Shown here piece after piece: positions 14,733 to 26,823 of a stretch of DNA of 64,000 bases (positions are counted from its first letter, which is position 1; each line of letters begins with the position of its first letter). Origin of the DNA: Octopus sinensis (lineage: Eukaryota); the NCBI RefSeq assembly GCF_006345805.1, contig NC_043001.1, positions 97,278,001 to 97,342,000 of the forward strand. The letters are read 5' to 3'. Position numbers and translations under genes: made by a program. The notes under the pieces were generated by a model. It was not told where the DNA came from, made no database searches, and saw nothing but the letters and a program-made list of their open reading frames with translations.

Positions 14733-15920
14733 ATGAGCGCTGTATATTGCGATGATACTACAATCAATACAGGACCAAAAGGACGCGCCAATAGACTTTT
14801 GGAGAATAAATCGAAAAAGATATTGCATTGGTTTGTGTGTCAGTGCTACACAAATGAGATTCCGTTACTCCATTTTATTAACGATCTCGTCAGAGAAACT
14901 ACCGGGCCCAAGTGAATTTCTTTGGCCGATTGGCAAGAGACTGGAGCGATATGAAACACTTATTTTTGTGAAATTTAATCGGCACTGATTAAAAATGCCT
15001 TTTGATACCCAACAGTCTATTTCTGAAGGGAAATGTTCATCTGAAATGGCATTAAGGAATCCCGCTAAAGTGACGCATTCTCGATGTTTTATAAGTGCAG
15101 ATCGTAAGATACAGTTATGTGTTTGCACCAAGAATCCTTCTAACACGATTAAAATAATTGCTGCTTACATAATGAAAGTTTATAGGCCAATGTGATTCAC
15201 AATTAAACACAGGGCTTCCTCAGAAATGGGGCTCTATACGTGTTTAAGACGAATGAATCTTTGAAAGAAATGGATCAAACGCTACAACGTAATGCTCTCT
15301 TCGCGCACCCATAAAATATTTTACTGGCCATGATAAACGAAGACGGAGCCACATTCGAGAACTGGCGTGGACACGCATAAATCAGGCTCGATCACAGTAT
15401 AAAGTGAAATCTTTGGGAACTTTCAAACTTCCTGATCTAAACTTTACTGCCTCAAACTACATGGACATAATATGCCCATATAGTTTGAGGAAGATACGTT
15501 TAGAGCAGGAATTTTGAAAGTTCCCACAGATTTACCTTTATACTGTGTTCGAGTCTGATTTATGCGCTTCCACGCATAAAGTTACGTAGAATTATTTCGA
15601 ATAAATTGGAAATGTTAATTAGTTTATCACCAAAATGTGTCACGAATAACTTGGTAGGACACTATTGTTACTGAACCACCTCTAACACAGACATTTTCCG
15701 ATAAAGAAATCGATGCCTTCATTCGAGAGCGGCATTTCACGCAACTAGGAAGCTTATCGTGCCACACCCAAACTGTCGAAAGATGTATAAAGCTCCCTAC
15801 AGAAGCATCATCTAGTTTTTATGGTGGGGGCAGTCGAGACGGTTTCATTAGCGGTTTAATCGAATCAAAAGGAAACATTCTTGTGTTCGAGACAAAAAAT
15901 AAACTTCACATTGTAAGATA
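14733..15920 (+). pseudogene. hATm-like transposase, C-terminal part, disrupted
   Basis: Fragments CDDTTINTGPKG..LLE..LHWFVC..NEIPL..TTGP; NPAKVTHSR; YIMKVYRPM; LQRNALFAHP*NILLAM; TEPPLT; CHTQTVERCIKLPTEAS; RDGFI. These match my recollection of hATm transposase motifs. Confidence 0.75.
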
Positions 15921-17278
15921 AATACGGAGATAATCAATTAGAATTGTTTAGTTTTAGCTATTTTGAACATAGCAAATAGTTATGTCGTTTAAGGAATTTG
16001 AAAAACAATAAATCTTTGATTGTTCTGTTTCGTCATTTGAGTCTACGAAAGATATTAATTGGCTTTGTTACTGGAACGAAAAGGAATACACTACAACGAT
16101 TTGTATTATTTTGTTACATAGAATTATTTCGAATACATTGGAAATGTTAATTATTTTAATCACTAAAATGTGTCACGAATCACAGCTTGGTTTCCACATA
16201 ATTTTATTTTTAATGTGTGTGTAATGTAGATCTCATGGACTTCACATAGTCGGTAGTCTCGTGTTAAAAACAATAAAGAAAGGAACGTCGGAAAGTCTAC
16301 TTCACACAATTTTGAGGTTTCACTTGCGTTGCGGAGCTAGAGATTTTAACCAAAAGAGATTCGATTCGTAACATTGAATGTAAAAAGTAAAATGAGGAGT
16401 GACAAACGTGTTACAAATTGATTTTTTCGCTCTTTATTCAAAATTTTAAGTTGGCTGTAAATTTAAGAACCTCTGATTTTAACAGAGTTGATTTTTAAAG
16501 GATTTCGTAATAAAAATATATTCCTTAAAGACATATTTTGAAAATCTGTGTAAAAAGTACCCTTTTCACTATATCCTAGTAATCAGTTACAAAGTCTGTA
16601 GCGTTTTCAGTTTACCATGTAACCGGAAATTTTCAGACTTATAGTCTGTCAAATATTAGCATTCCAGAAATCATATAATTATGTGAGTCTATCTTTATAC
16701 AAATTCGAAAAACCAAAATATCAGAGTAATAAAAATTCCAAATGTTTAATTTTCACGATCTAGCCATAAGCTAATATAGTACGAGCAAGAATAAATTTTT
16801 GATGCATTTGGAATTATATCTCTTGTCACTTTTCATCAATTTCTTCTTTCTCATTAACCGACTGAAATCCTAAAACAGAAGAATCTGTCTGCGGATGAAT
16901 TATATTACAGACAAAAAGGACGAAGCGATGTGACTGGTTTGCGCTGTGGATATACTATAATATGTGAGAGACGTTTTAATTGACGATTATTCCCAAGATT
17001 GTTAGCCAGAACACAGTTGATTTAATGTTATATACATATATGTTCATATGCGATTATCTTTAATAACATTTGTCTTCCATATTTCCATTAAACTTTAAAA
17101 GATGTAGAATATTTCTGTGCACAATTGCGAAACGCAAACTATATCCAACTCGAATAATTAATGATGATCAACTATTACATTAAATAATACTACAAGAAGG
17201 GAGATTTGTTGGTACCATTTTAAAATTCTGCATTTATGCAAGTCTGAAAAAATTTTACTATTCGAAAGAAATTATTGA

Positions 17279-17466
17279 TTTCAAATTTTAGCACGAGTCC
17301 AGAACTTTTGGAGAAGGGCGTGACCGAGAGTGCCCCTACTACTTATTTTAGTGATGAAACCAAAGTCAACCTCGGCGGATTTTAAACTCACAGGACATAA
17401 CGACAGGCGAAATGCCGTTAAGTATTTTACTGCGCCCTCTAACGATTCGACCAATTCGCAACCTTT
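17279..17466 (-). mobile_element. Decayed SINE, family S4
   Basis: TTTCAAATTTTAGCAC...AAAGTCAACCTCGGCGGATTTTAAACTCA...CTAACGATTC. Confidence 0.7.
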
Positions 17467-18159
17467 AGGACCAGGGAAATTTTTGACAAGCACCAGAGAA
17501 TTTTATATACAAGAGCAATATATCAAACAAATGAAACAAAGAGATTTTAGGTTTGGAGGTGTCATGTTTACGCTTTGATTGTTTTAGGAAAATACAGGAA
17601 AATATTTTAAGGACTTATAATATTGAAGAAAGCCGGTGCCCTAAAGTGACAATTGTATTTGAAAATAAAACCTGCATAGTGTTAATGTAAGAAAATTGTA
17701 CATTTGCAGATGAGTATTCGTTCACGATAAAATCTGCGTAAGATATGTATGAAAATCATCGTAAAGTATGACGACACATTCCATTAACATTAATGTATCT
17801 GTCTTAGAAACATACTGGCACGCAATATAACATACCGGATAAAGATTTCACAGGGGAATATTGTTAGAGATTACGCATAGTTTCTAAGTTTAAGTTGAAA
17901 TTTGAAAAGCCTTGGAGAACCAGTTAATGTCAAATAATCAACTTGAAAGAGCTCACCTTAATGTATTCGAAAATTCCCTCGAGAAAACGGTATCTAAAAA
18001 GCACGAATCATTCTTTGAGTTGCAAGATCAATCGCATGCAGATAAAAAGCTTCTTGCACTACGTGCGGGCTCATATCTATCAACTGAAATGCAATTACTA
18101 TTAGAAATACATATTCAATATTATTTCTAATTTTAGCAAAAGCGTCAGCAATGTTCAGA

Positions 18160-18278
18160 ACTGGTATTCTATATTATCAATCCCGAAAGGATGAAAAGCC
18201 AATTCAATGTTGGAATTTGAATTCAGGACGTAAGCAGTCCGAAACAATTCTGCTGGGCTAACGATTCTGCCAATACGT
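18160..18278 (-). mobile_element. SINE family S4 fragment
   Basis: CCCGAAAGGATGAAA...GGAATTTGAATTCAG...GCTAACGATTCTGCCA. Confidence 0.6.
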
Positions 18279-19400
18279 TGACTTAAATAATCATTAAATA
18301 CACGTAAGAGGAGGCCACGTATTTGAAGAGCAGATAAGTCACATAGACGCTGAGATACATTGAATATTTTTATTGGTAAAATGATAAGGTATTTCACTAA
18401 AGAATTAAACGAAACTACACTTTCGAAAAAGAAATAAATTAACAATGGTTCATGTCAGCTGAAATCACAGATACAATCACCACTGAATCATCAATCGGTT
18501 TACATCTATCAAAAGAACACTTAAAACCATAATAGAATAACCACCTGAAGTAATAATTCTATATGGAAACACTGAAATTTTTCGCTTTTGGCCTTGAGAT
18601 TGGCAAATACTTGGAAAGTGGTAACACATCAAATGTGGCGCGTAAGAGATATTAGTGTTAGTGCCGCGGGGTTCATTGTCATTTGTAAACAACATTAGAA
18701 ATACAGCAATTGTAGTCAAATTATGTGTCCAAATACGCTATACATCACCCATTTAGAAATTCTAACTTTACGAAAACTTCAAAGGCACTGGAACTCTACT
18801 GAAACGGTATAATAGAGACTCTCGGTTGGTCTTTTGCAAAATTTCGTCATCCCCATCCTTCTACGCCTCCTCCACCATCTTCCCTGAAATAAAGCATCTT
18901 TTTAGAGTCCAAGTGCTTTCTAAGATGCTATACTATATTCTCTCCCGATGAAACAGTAAAGAGACGGACAACCTGTTGCCATCATGTTTTGACCTTCTGA
19001 ATCGACTTCATGGCTCGCTAATGTTGTTAGTGTAACATCATAGCAAACTCAAGCATCCCGATTTAGAAAATCAGAAACAAACAGGCCTCAGCGATTTATT
19101 TTACTCATTAGTCAACAACCTGACTAAGAAAGATATCATATTTTTTTTATGAAGAGTAAGATAATCTTTTCCAACACTAACCTAGCTGCGATGAAATTTT
19201 CTCTCGCCAGTATTTCCAACCGATATATTACATCCAAATGAAAAGCTTACTTAACATGATTTATATGTTCTCGCATCCAATTAAGAATATGCTTAAAGCC
19301 TTGCCTATATGGGTTTTCTGACTGATCTGTAATACCAGAGATGTAACGGAATGCAGTTAGCCAGTTAGCTTTGACACTTAATGTTTTAGATTTTTTTCAC

Positions 19401-19490
19401 CCCTTTGTTGATTTCCAAAACTGACGGTTCTTTAGCACTTTTGTTGATTTCCAACACTGACGGTTCTTTAGCCCCTTTGTTGATTTCCAA
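19401..19490. repeat. 36-bp minisatellite, ~2.5 copies
   Basis: TTGTTGATTTCCAA at 19405, 19441 and 19477, separated by near-identical sequence. Confidence 0.9.
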
Positions 19491-20180
19491 GAGTATCCGT
19501 AGCGGATATATTTTATGTGTAGTTTTAAATACATTTGCTATTGTCAGTATGCTTGCTAATGGGAGCACTACATCTACAATTGTCACTCTGCGCCAACTGA
19601 ACACATCTAATATCAAAGCGCCAACTCAACACATCTAATATCAAAAGGATTCTAGCTGTAACGGTACACACTTTTCCCTTTCAGGTTCTGTTGCTTTCAA
19701 TGCAGTCTCTTTTTAACATTTCAGTAGGGAATAATCGCGGACGATTTAATTGCTATTTCTAGAAATCGTGCGGGCGAGTCGAAAGAACCTTCTTACTTTT
19801 GTTGTTATTGAAAGAATATCAATATAATATCAGTAATGTTTTTGCAGACAGGAGCACCAATTTTTCTGTTAATTATTAATTGTCGCTAATATTAATGTTG
19901 TTCGCGCTGATGTTGATATTCGAAGAGCTAATACGATTTAGTTAACTACTCGAAACTCCTTTTATGAATTGTAATTTAATTCCCAGCCTCTAACATAAGA
20001 TGTTGGCATCTGCTAGCATAGGAAACACCGACCACTCAGTGCAATTTTTTATCGTTAAAGCGACGAAACAAACAAAAATTATGCTAACAATATTAAGATC
20101 ATAAATCTTAAGACAATAACATAAATCCACCATTTTCTTGACTGAATAAGTAAATGAATAGACAGGATATGTATCAATTG

Positions 20181-20563
20181 TGGACGCGCAATGGCCCAGT
20201 GGTTAGGGCAGCGGACTCGCGGTCATAGGATCGCTGTTTCGATTCCCAGACCGGGTATTGTGAGTATTTATTGAGCGAATAACACCTAAAAGCTCCACGA
20301 GGCTGCGGCAGGGGATGGTGGCGAACCCTGCTGTACTCTTTCACTATAACTTTCTCTTACTTTTACTTCCTGCTTCTGTTGTGCCTGTAATTAAAAGGGC
20401 CAGCCTTGTCACACTGTGTCACGCTGAATATTCCCCGAGAACTACATTTAGGGTACACGTGCCTGTGGAATGCTCAGTCACTTGCACGTTAATTTCACGA
20501 GCAGGCTGTTCCCCTGATCGGATCAACTGGAGCCCTCGTCGTTGTAAGCGATGGTGTACCATT
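20181..20563 (+). mobile_element. tRNA-derived SINE family S2, tail type a, full length with 14-bp TSD
   Basis: Box A TGGCCCAGTGG, box B GTTTCGATTCC; perfect TSD ATATGTATCAATTG at 20167-20180 and 20564-20577. Confidence 0.92.
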
Positions 20564-20770
20564 ATATGTATCAATTGAACTCTCGTTTCTTTCATTATAC
20601 TATAGCAAAGATATAAACATAAGGAAACCTGTCTTACGAAAGTATAAAGATCTGTCTGTTATGGAATAGTTTCCCGTGGTAAAATCCAATAAACAAAATA
20701 TAACAAAAATTAAAAAAATGGTATTAATAACAATAGTCCCAGCAATTTTAGGAACATTGGGATGCTCTTG

Positions 20771-20948
20771 TACATCGACCCCTGTGCTTCACTGCTAATT
20801 TATTTTGTTGGCTGTGACAGGATGAAAGAAACAGTTGGTTTCGCCGCAGGTCGACCTTGGCGGAATTTGAACTCAGAACGTAAAGACAGACAAAATGTCG
20901 TTAAGCATCATGTCCAGCGTGCTAAAGAGTCTACCAGATAGCCACCTT
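20771..20948 (-). mobile_element. SINE family S4
   Basis: GTCGACCTTGGCGGAATTTGAACTCAGAACGTAAAGAC block shared with the other S4 copies. Confidence 0.75.
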
Positions 20949-21299
20949 CATTATGATGATGATGATGCGGCGGAGAAGTACGTAGATGTGGAGGAGGGGA
21001 GGAGGTGGAGGTGGATGCGTAGAAGGATGGGGAGGACGAAAGGGATAATTCCTCCAAACTTTTACAAAAGACCAACCGGGAATCTGTCATACTATTTCAG
21101 AAGCGTGCCAGTGCGTTCCAAGACCATACTACCAAAGTAGGTGTCTGAAATGCTCTTCATCGTATCCCTTATATGAAGAACATCCAGTGAAAATAATGGA
21201 CCATATAATCTATAAGAAGGTACCCAAATGGTTCTAACAGACAGCATAGCCTCCCACTATATATATACTGTTTAATATGCCTCACATTCAAGTTCCTTC

Positions 21300-22715
21300 A
21301 CAAAGATAATTGGTGGGAACAAAACCCAACACAATTTCTCCAGAATGCGACGTAATCTATCTTGGAATTAAGGAGAATTTGTTTCTGCACATATGTTTAT
21401 CTGTCCACTCAGTGGGGTATCCATAATACTGGGGCCCCTTATTTGTGTTAGATGAATAATTAGTCTATTTATGAGAGTGAGTTTTGTTTATCTTGTGTAA
21501 TCCTCGTTATAGCCTTTATATTTTCTTTTCAGCTATATTACAGTTTTTTGACGGCGTTATCGAATACATTTTATGGTAAAATTTGTCTTGATTTAAATTC
21601 ATAATTTTTGTCTTCAGTGAGGTTAATTCAAGTCCCGCAGTTCAGTTGGCCACACTTTTTGACTGCTGATGTGGTGTGTGGTGGCAGTTAATTTAGAACT
21701 GGTGAGTGCCTTTTTGAAGTGTTTTGATTATCTTTTGCTTTTAATTATTTTGTCTATTTCGAATGTTTGTTTCATTCTTGGTTCTTATCTCAGAAGTAGA
21801 ATGCTTTCGTGGATAATGTTTTAAACCTGTGTGTTCTGGGGTTGTGTGCTGTGCCAAATGGTACAGTATTCGGTGTATCGGTGGTTTATTTTACTTTCCG
21901 TAATTCTAAAATGTCTATTGCTTTGCCACGCTCTATTTTATTGGATATTAATATTGACGGATATTTTCTTTCAAGCCGTATTTGTTTTCATTCTCTGAGA
22001 CATTGGTATTAAATTCCAACGTTGGAAAACATTTTTCACCTACTTCTTATTAGATTAAATGGCATATTGGTCTTCGTGTGTTTGGAATTGTATAAGAATA
22101 TCAGGTACTGATTAGTATCTGTTGTTTTATAATGAAGGTCTGTTGTAAAGTTTTTGTCTGTTTTCATGCTTAGAATGTCCAGGAATTGTTGTTGAGTTTT
22201 ACTGTATTCTATTGTGCAATTAACACTTGTTTATGCCGTGAATGAGGATTTCAAATAAATAAGCTGGTCAAATGTGTGCTTCCACAAAATCAGTCAGTCA
22301 TCTAAGTAACGTTTATAGTTTTCTAGTAAATATTTGTAGAATATCAAAACATATTTTAATTTAGATTGTACGTATACTTCAGCATTCATGTAAGTTTTGA
22401 CTGAAATGGGAAAAGTCGGAACGATTTTTCTAACCATCGCAGCCCTAGATATTTGTTGGTAAATTCTGAGATTAAAGTGGAAGATATTGTTTCCCAATAT
22501 GAATTTTAATACTTCGGAGATGAAACTACTTTCAGTTCTGTCTGAGACTTCACGAGGGAAATTTTCAAGCGGGAAACCTATTGTCACTAGTTCTTATTGA
22601 TTAAGGATTGTCGTATAAATGTTTACAACATCAAATGATACAATAATAGTATCTTTGTTGACTGTTTCAGAAGGGCAGTTGAATAGGTCCAGGCCGCTCC
22701 TCACTAGGAAGGCCT
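21300..22715 (-). pseudogene. Decayed Penelope-like element RT, thumb and degenerate GIY-YIG
   Basis: IIVSFDVVNIYTTI; FILGNNIFHFNLRIYQQISRAAM...KRYLDD; FLDI..TDLHYKTTDTNQYL..HTKTNMPFNL; downstream EDYTR*TKLTL.NRL..H..QI. Confidence 0.8.
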
Positions 22716-22730
22716 GATCTCTTTAATTGC

Positions 22731-22814
<84 letters not shown>

Positions 22815-22827
22815 CCAAATATATATG

Positions 22828-23180
22828 GTCAGTCAGTGGAAGGACTTCACTACCTCATATGTTCTTAAAATTTAAATCTACATCTTTGTCTGTATATCTA
22901 CCTTCTCTATAATGTTGCCACTTGATTTGAAAACTTTTGTATTAATGGAAAACCTCTATAATTGGCTGATGAGTACTCAGCATCTTAAATCTGTTGTAAT
23001 ACTTACAACATTTAATGGAATGATGTAGTACGAAACGATTGTATCAAATTACCGCAGTCATTCTTGTTGCTTATTTTGATTATAATCACCCCACAAATTT
23101 TTATGGATAACACCATACAAAATTCTGGTGCATCTAAATTAAGTACCATATTCATTCGAATCTAAATTTTTGCTAAACTT
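22828..23180 (+). mobile_element. PLE-type 3' terminal repeat and tail (relative of family C) next to (TA)n
   Basis: Contains an HHR; shares CATTCTTGTTGCTT..TTATAATCACCCCACA..GGTGCATCTAA..GTACCATATTCA with 60510-60608. Confidence 0.75.
22962..23047 (+). ncRNA. Type I hammerhead ribozyme motif (family C relative)
   Basis: ttgg-CTGATGA(22966)-gtact...agtac-GAAA-C-gatt-GTA-tcaa; long stem II. Confidence 0.75.
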
Positions 23181-24509
23181 ATATATATATGAAAAGAGAG
23201 TTGGAAAAAATTTACTACATCGTTTACAAACGTTTCATCACTACTCATTCTCATCGGTCTTAATGAACATTTTCTTATTCTTCACTTTTCAATTTGCCGG
23301 CATCTGGAGAAGTGCTTCATTTTGAAAGTCTGGGGACATCTGTGCACATGCACATTTTTCTTTTTCTCTCTCTTCCTTTTTGTTTTTCTGCTTCTTTTTC
23401 TCATTTTCACTTTCTGTTTTTCTTTTCCCCTCTCTCTCTCTCTGCCATTTTTTGTTCCAAGTGCAATTGACCTCATAGTATAGCAAACAATATACCTGAA
23501 GCCATTGTATATTCATTTATTAACACCGGAATCATGATGTATATATTTATGTATCTGTGTATGTGTGCGCGCGTCAGATGGCAAAAATTATATGAGTGCT
23601 GCTGAAAGATATGCGTTTGGCACATGATACCCCAAAGTGTAGATCTGGTCAGTGCAACATAATGATGAATTGCTGACTGCAGACTGCGTATTTAGCACCA
23701 CTATATCAACTCAGGCATATAATGCTATTTCCTTCAAAAATATTCTCCCCTCCGTCTACGTTCAGAAGCTAAAGATTTATTATTGTCACTGTATGCAAAT
23801 TACGATAAGACACTGTATCATGGTCGAAATAAAATTATTATATTACACACATAAATGAACACACACATTACACACGTACACACACACATACACATACACA
23901 CACATATATATATATATGTATATGCATATATATATGTACATATATGTATATATATATATATATATGTGTGTATATATATATATATACATACATTACACAC
24001 ACACACACATACACACACACACATTATATATATATTATATATCGTTTTAACCTCGAGGGAAATGTAAAGGTGAAAAGAAAAACTCAAACCATCAACATAT
24101 ATGAATTCTATATTCAATAATTTCTACTCCTAATATGATCACATACATTTACGCCAAATTTGTATTTCTAGTATCTTCGATTTATTTTGTTTTATACTTT
24201 TTTTATTCTTTTATATTTTTTCTCTTCATTTATTTTGCCAAACAACTGAGAAAATGTGACAAGTTGTTTACAACAAAGCAAACATGCTACCAACTTCAGA
24301 GCATACGTTTTCTACGTCATTTGCAAATATTTATGTTTGAGAAACTTATTCAAGAGGTCATGCGTGACATATAAAGTCGTGTAGAAATTTTAAACGCAGA
24401 AATACATCGGTAGCCACATGCAAAGTAACATTTAAAAGTGCTCAAAGTGTAGTACACACGCGCATGAAAACATATACACGTAAAATTATATGCACACACA
24501 CACACACGC

Positions 24510-24542
<33 letters not shown>

Positions 24543-24628
24543 CATAATATATATATGTGTGTGTGTGTGTGCATATATATATATATATATATGTATATAT
24601 AGTTGTGTCTGCGTGTAAATATATATGT

Positions 24629-24674
<46 letters not shown>

Positions 24675-24964
24675 GTATAGAGGGTATTATTACACATAAA
24701 TGCCTCTTAATTGTTAAATATATATATATATATATATTTACATATGTATATATATATATATTATATATATATTACAAAATTAGAGAATGGAGAAATATAC
24801 TTAAATCAGTAAAACATCAACTATCCGATGATACTCAATCCATACTTTAATACACCATTACATATGAGTAAAGGCAATACATAAAATGAAATGAGATATA
24901 CAGTAATAGTAAAAAGATAAAGAGATATAAGTAAAAAATTTTCAAATATAATATGCAAATAATC

Positions 24965-25078
24965 AAAACTGACAGCTGTTTCGGCAGTGAGGACAGTCAT
25001 ACCTCATTTACCTATAAGCCATAAGGCAGGTATAAATGAGGCATTAACAAGGATGCCCCACGGCCTCTTCAGAGAATT
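24965..25078 (-). ncRNA. Hammerhead ribozyme motif, family A
   Basis: Reverse complement of 25988-26103. Confidence 0.72.
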
Positions 25079-25427
25079 AAATTAAATTTGTTATAATAGT
25101 GAAAAATATTATACAATCATATACTATAAATATAAAATATAAAAATGTAAAATATAAAAACTTATACATCATAAAGCTACACTTATATAATATAATACAC
25201 ATTTGTACAAAAAAGGAAGGTAAACAGAACAAAATAAAAAAATATATAATAGTGTATATATTAATATCAATAAGTACCGATATTATACATATTTGGCTAA
25301 TAGTTTTTTTTATACATATAAAAAAAAGGCTAACATATAGGAGATGAAAAATAATAATTAAATCCGTGGTACAGTTCATAAGATTCTAAAGCTATAAAAG
25401 TTAATAAAATTACTATTAATAATAATA

Positions 25428-25465
<38 letters not shown>

Positions 25466-25987
25466 TATAATAAAAAATAGATACAGTTAAGTTAGCACCA
25501 AGTCCATCCTTACAAGATCGAAATAACTATTACTTAGTTATTTCGATCTTGTAAGGATGGACTTGGTGCTAACTTAACTGTATCTATTTTTATTATATTT
25601 TTTTATTATTATTATTATTATTATTACTATTATTATTATTATTATTATTAATAGTAATTTTTATTACTTTTATAGCTTTAGAATCTTATGAACTGTACCA
25701 CGGATTTAATTATTATTTTTCATCTCCATATATGTTAGCCTTTTTTTATATGTATAAAAAAACTATTAGCCAAATATGTATAATATCGGTACTTATTGAT
25801 ATTAATATCACTATTATATATTTTGTTTTATTTTGTTCTGTTTACCTTCCTTTTTTGTACAAATGTGTATTATATTATATAAGTGTAGCTTTATGATGTA
25901 TAAGTTTTTATATTTTACATTTTTATATTTTATATTTATATGTTAATGATTGTATAATATTTTTCACTATTATAACAAATTTAATTT

Positions 25988-26103
25988 AATTCTCTGAAGA
26001 GGCCGTGGGGCATCCTTGTTAATGCCTCATTTATACCTGCCTTTATGGCTTATAGGTTAAATGAGGTATGACTGTCCTCACTGCCGAAACAGCTGTCAGT
26101 TTT
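25988..26103 (+). ncRNA. Hammerhead ribozyme motif, family A (extended stem II, palindromic stem III)
   Basis: CTGAAGA(25994)-GGCCGTGGGG...CCTCACTGCC-GAAA(26086)-C-AGCT-GTC; ACAGCTGT is self-complementary; stem I is weak. Confidence 0.72.
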
Positions 26104-26507
26104 GATTTATTTGCATATTATATTTGAAAATTTTTTACTTATATCTCTTTATCTTTTTACTATTACTGTATATCTCATTTCATTTTATGTATTGCCTTTA
26201 CTCATATGTAATGGTGTATTAAAGTATGGATTGAGTATCATCGGATAGTTGATGTTTTACTGATTTAAGTATATTTCTCCATTCTCTAATTTTGTAGTAT
26301 TAATTTACGGTAATATTTACCTTTACCCATATAATGCAATAGATGAACTGATTGTTTGACAATTTTTAACATCTATGTATTAATTTTGTTGGTACCTATC
26401 TAGCAGTATATTGGATATATATTATCCCATGGTGGGTTGAATTTTCAACCCCTATCTCATTTTATACCTATATATATATATATATATATAATATTATATA
26501 CCGTATG

Positions 26508-26541
<34 letters not shown>

Positions 26542-26545
26542 CAGG

Positions 26546-26785
26546 TGGAGGCACGTGACTTAGTGCTTAGAGTGTCAGCATCATGATCGTAAGATTGTGG
26601 TTCGATTCCTGAACCGGGCGACGCGTTTTGTTCTCGAGCAACACTTCATTTCACGTTGCTCTAGTCCACTCAGCAGGCAAAAATGAGTAACACTGCGATG
26701 GTCTGGCGTTCCGTCCAGCTGGGGAACACATACGCCATAGAAATCGGGCCAATGTGCCTGTCTAGGCTTTAAAAATGGCGCATTT
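26546..26785 (+). mobile_element. tRNA-derived SINE family S3
   Basis: Box A-like TGACTTAGTG, box B GGTTCGATTCC, CORE-like TTGTTCTCGAGCAACAC, and a CTGCGATGGTCTGGCGTTCCGTCCAG block; flanked by (TA)n. Confidence 0.8.
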
Positions 26786-26787
26786 AT

Positions 26788-26822
<35 letters not shown>

Positions 26823-26823
26823 A

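Larger units (their letters stand above)
11530..16578 (+). mobile_element. hAT-superfamily (hATm-like) DNA transposon, decayed, with nested insertions
   Basis: Imperfect TIRs TAGGATGGAGCGAAAA (11530) and TTTTCACTATATCCTA (ends 16578); perfect 8-bp TSD GTAATCAG at 11522-11529 and 16579-16586; internal transposase remnants. Confidence 0.8.
24773..26470 (+). mobile_element. Family A fold-back element: ~760-bp inverted arms, 5-nt spacer, ~170-bp unique tail, in (TA)n
   Basis: 24773-25529 is the reverse complement of 25535-26296; tail 26297-26470; one HHR per arm; third arm copy at 60713-61494. Confidence 0.9.

Noticed and set aside
11497-16627. 16-bp inverted match flanking the hAT element (TACCAGTTACATGGCA / TACCATGTAACCGGAA) as an outer MITE
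   Set aside because: Too short and imperfect, and no TSD identified.
19401-19490. 36-bp periodic repeat superficially CRISPR-like
   Set aside because: The intervening sequences are near-identical, there are only 2.5 units, no cas genes, and the context is eukaryotic.
20182-20255. tRNA gene (also the heads at 3968, 12993, 26546 and 48764)
   Set aside because: Box A/B are present but there is no complete cloverleaf or T-run terminator; these are SINE heads with bodies (TSD seen at 20181).
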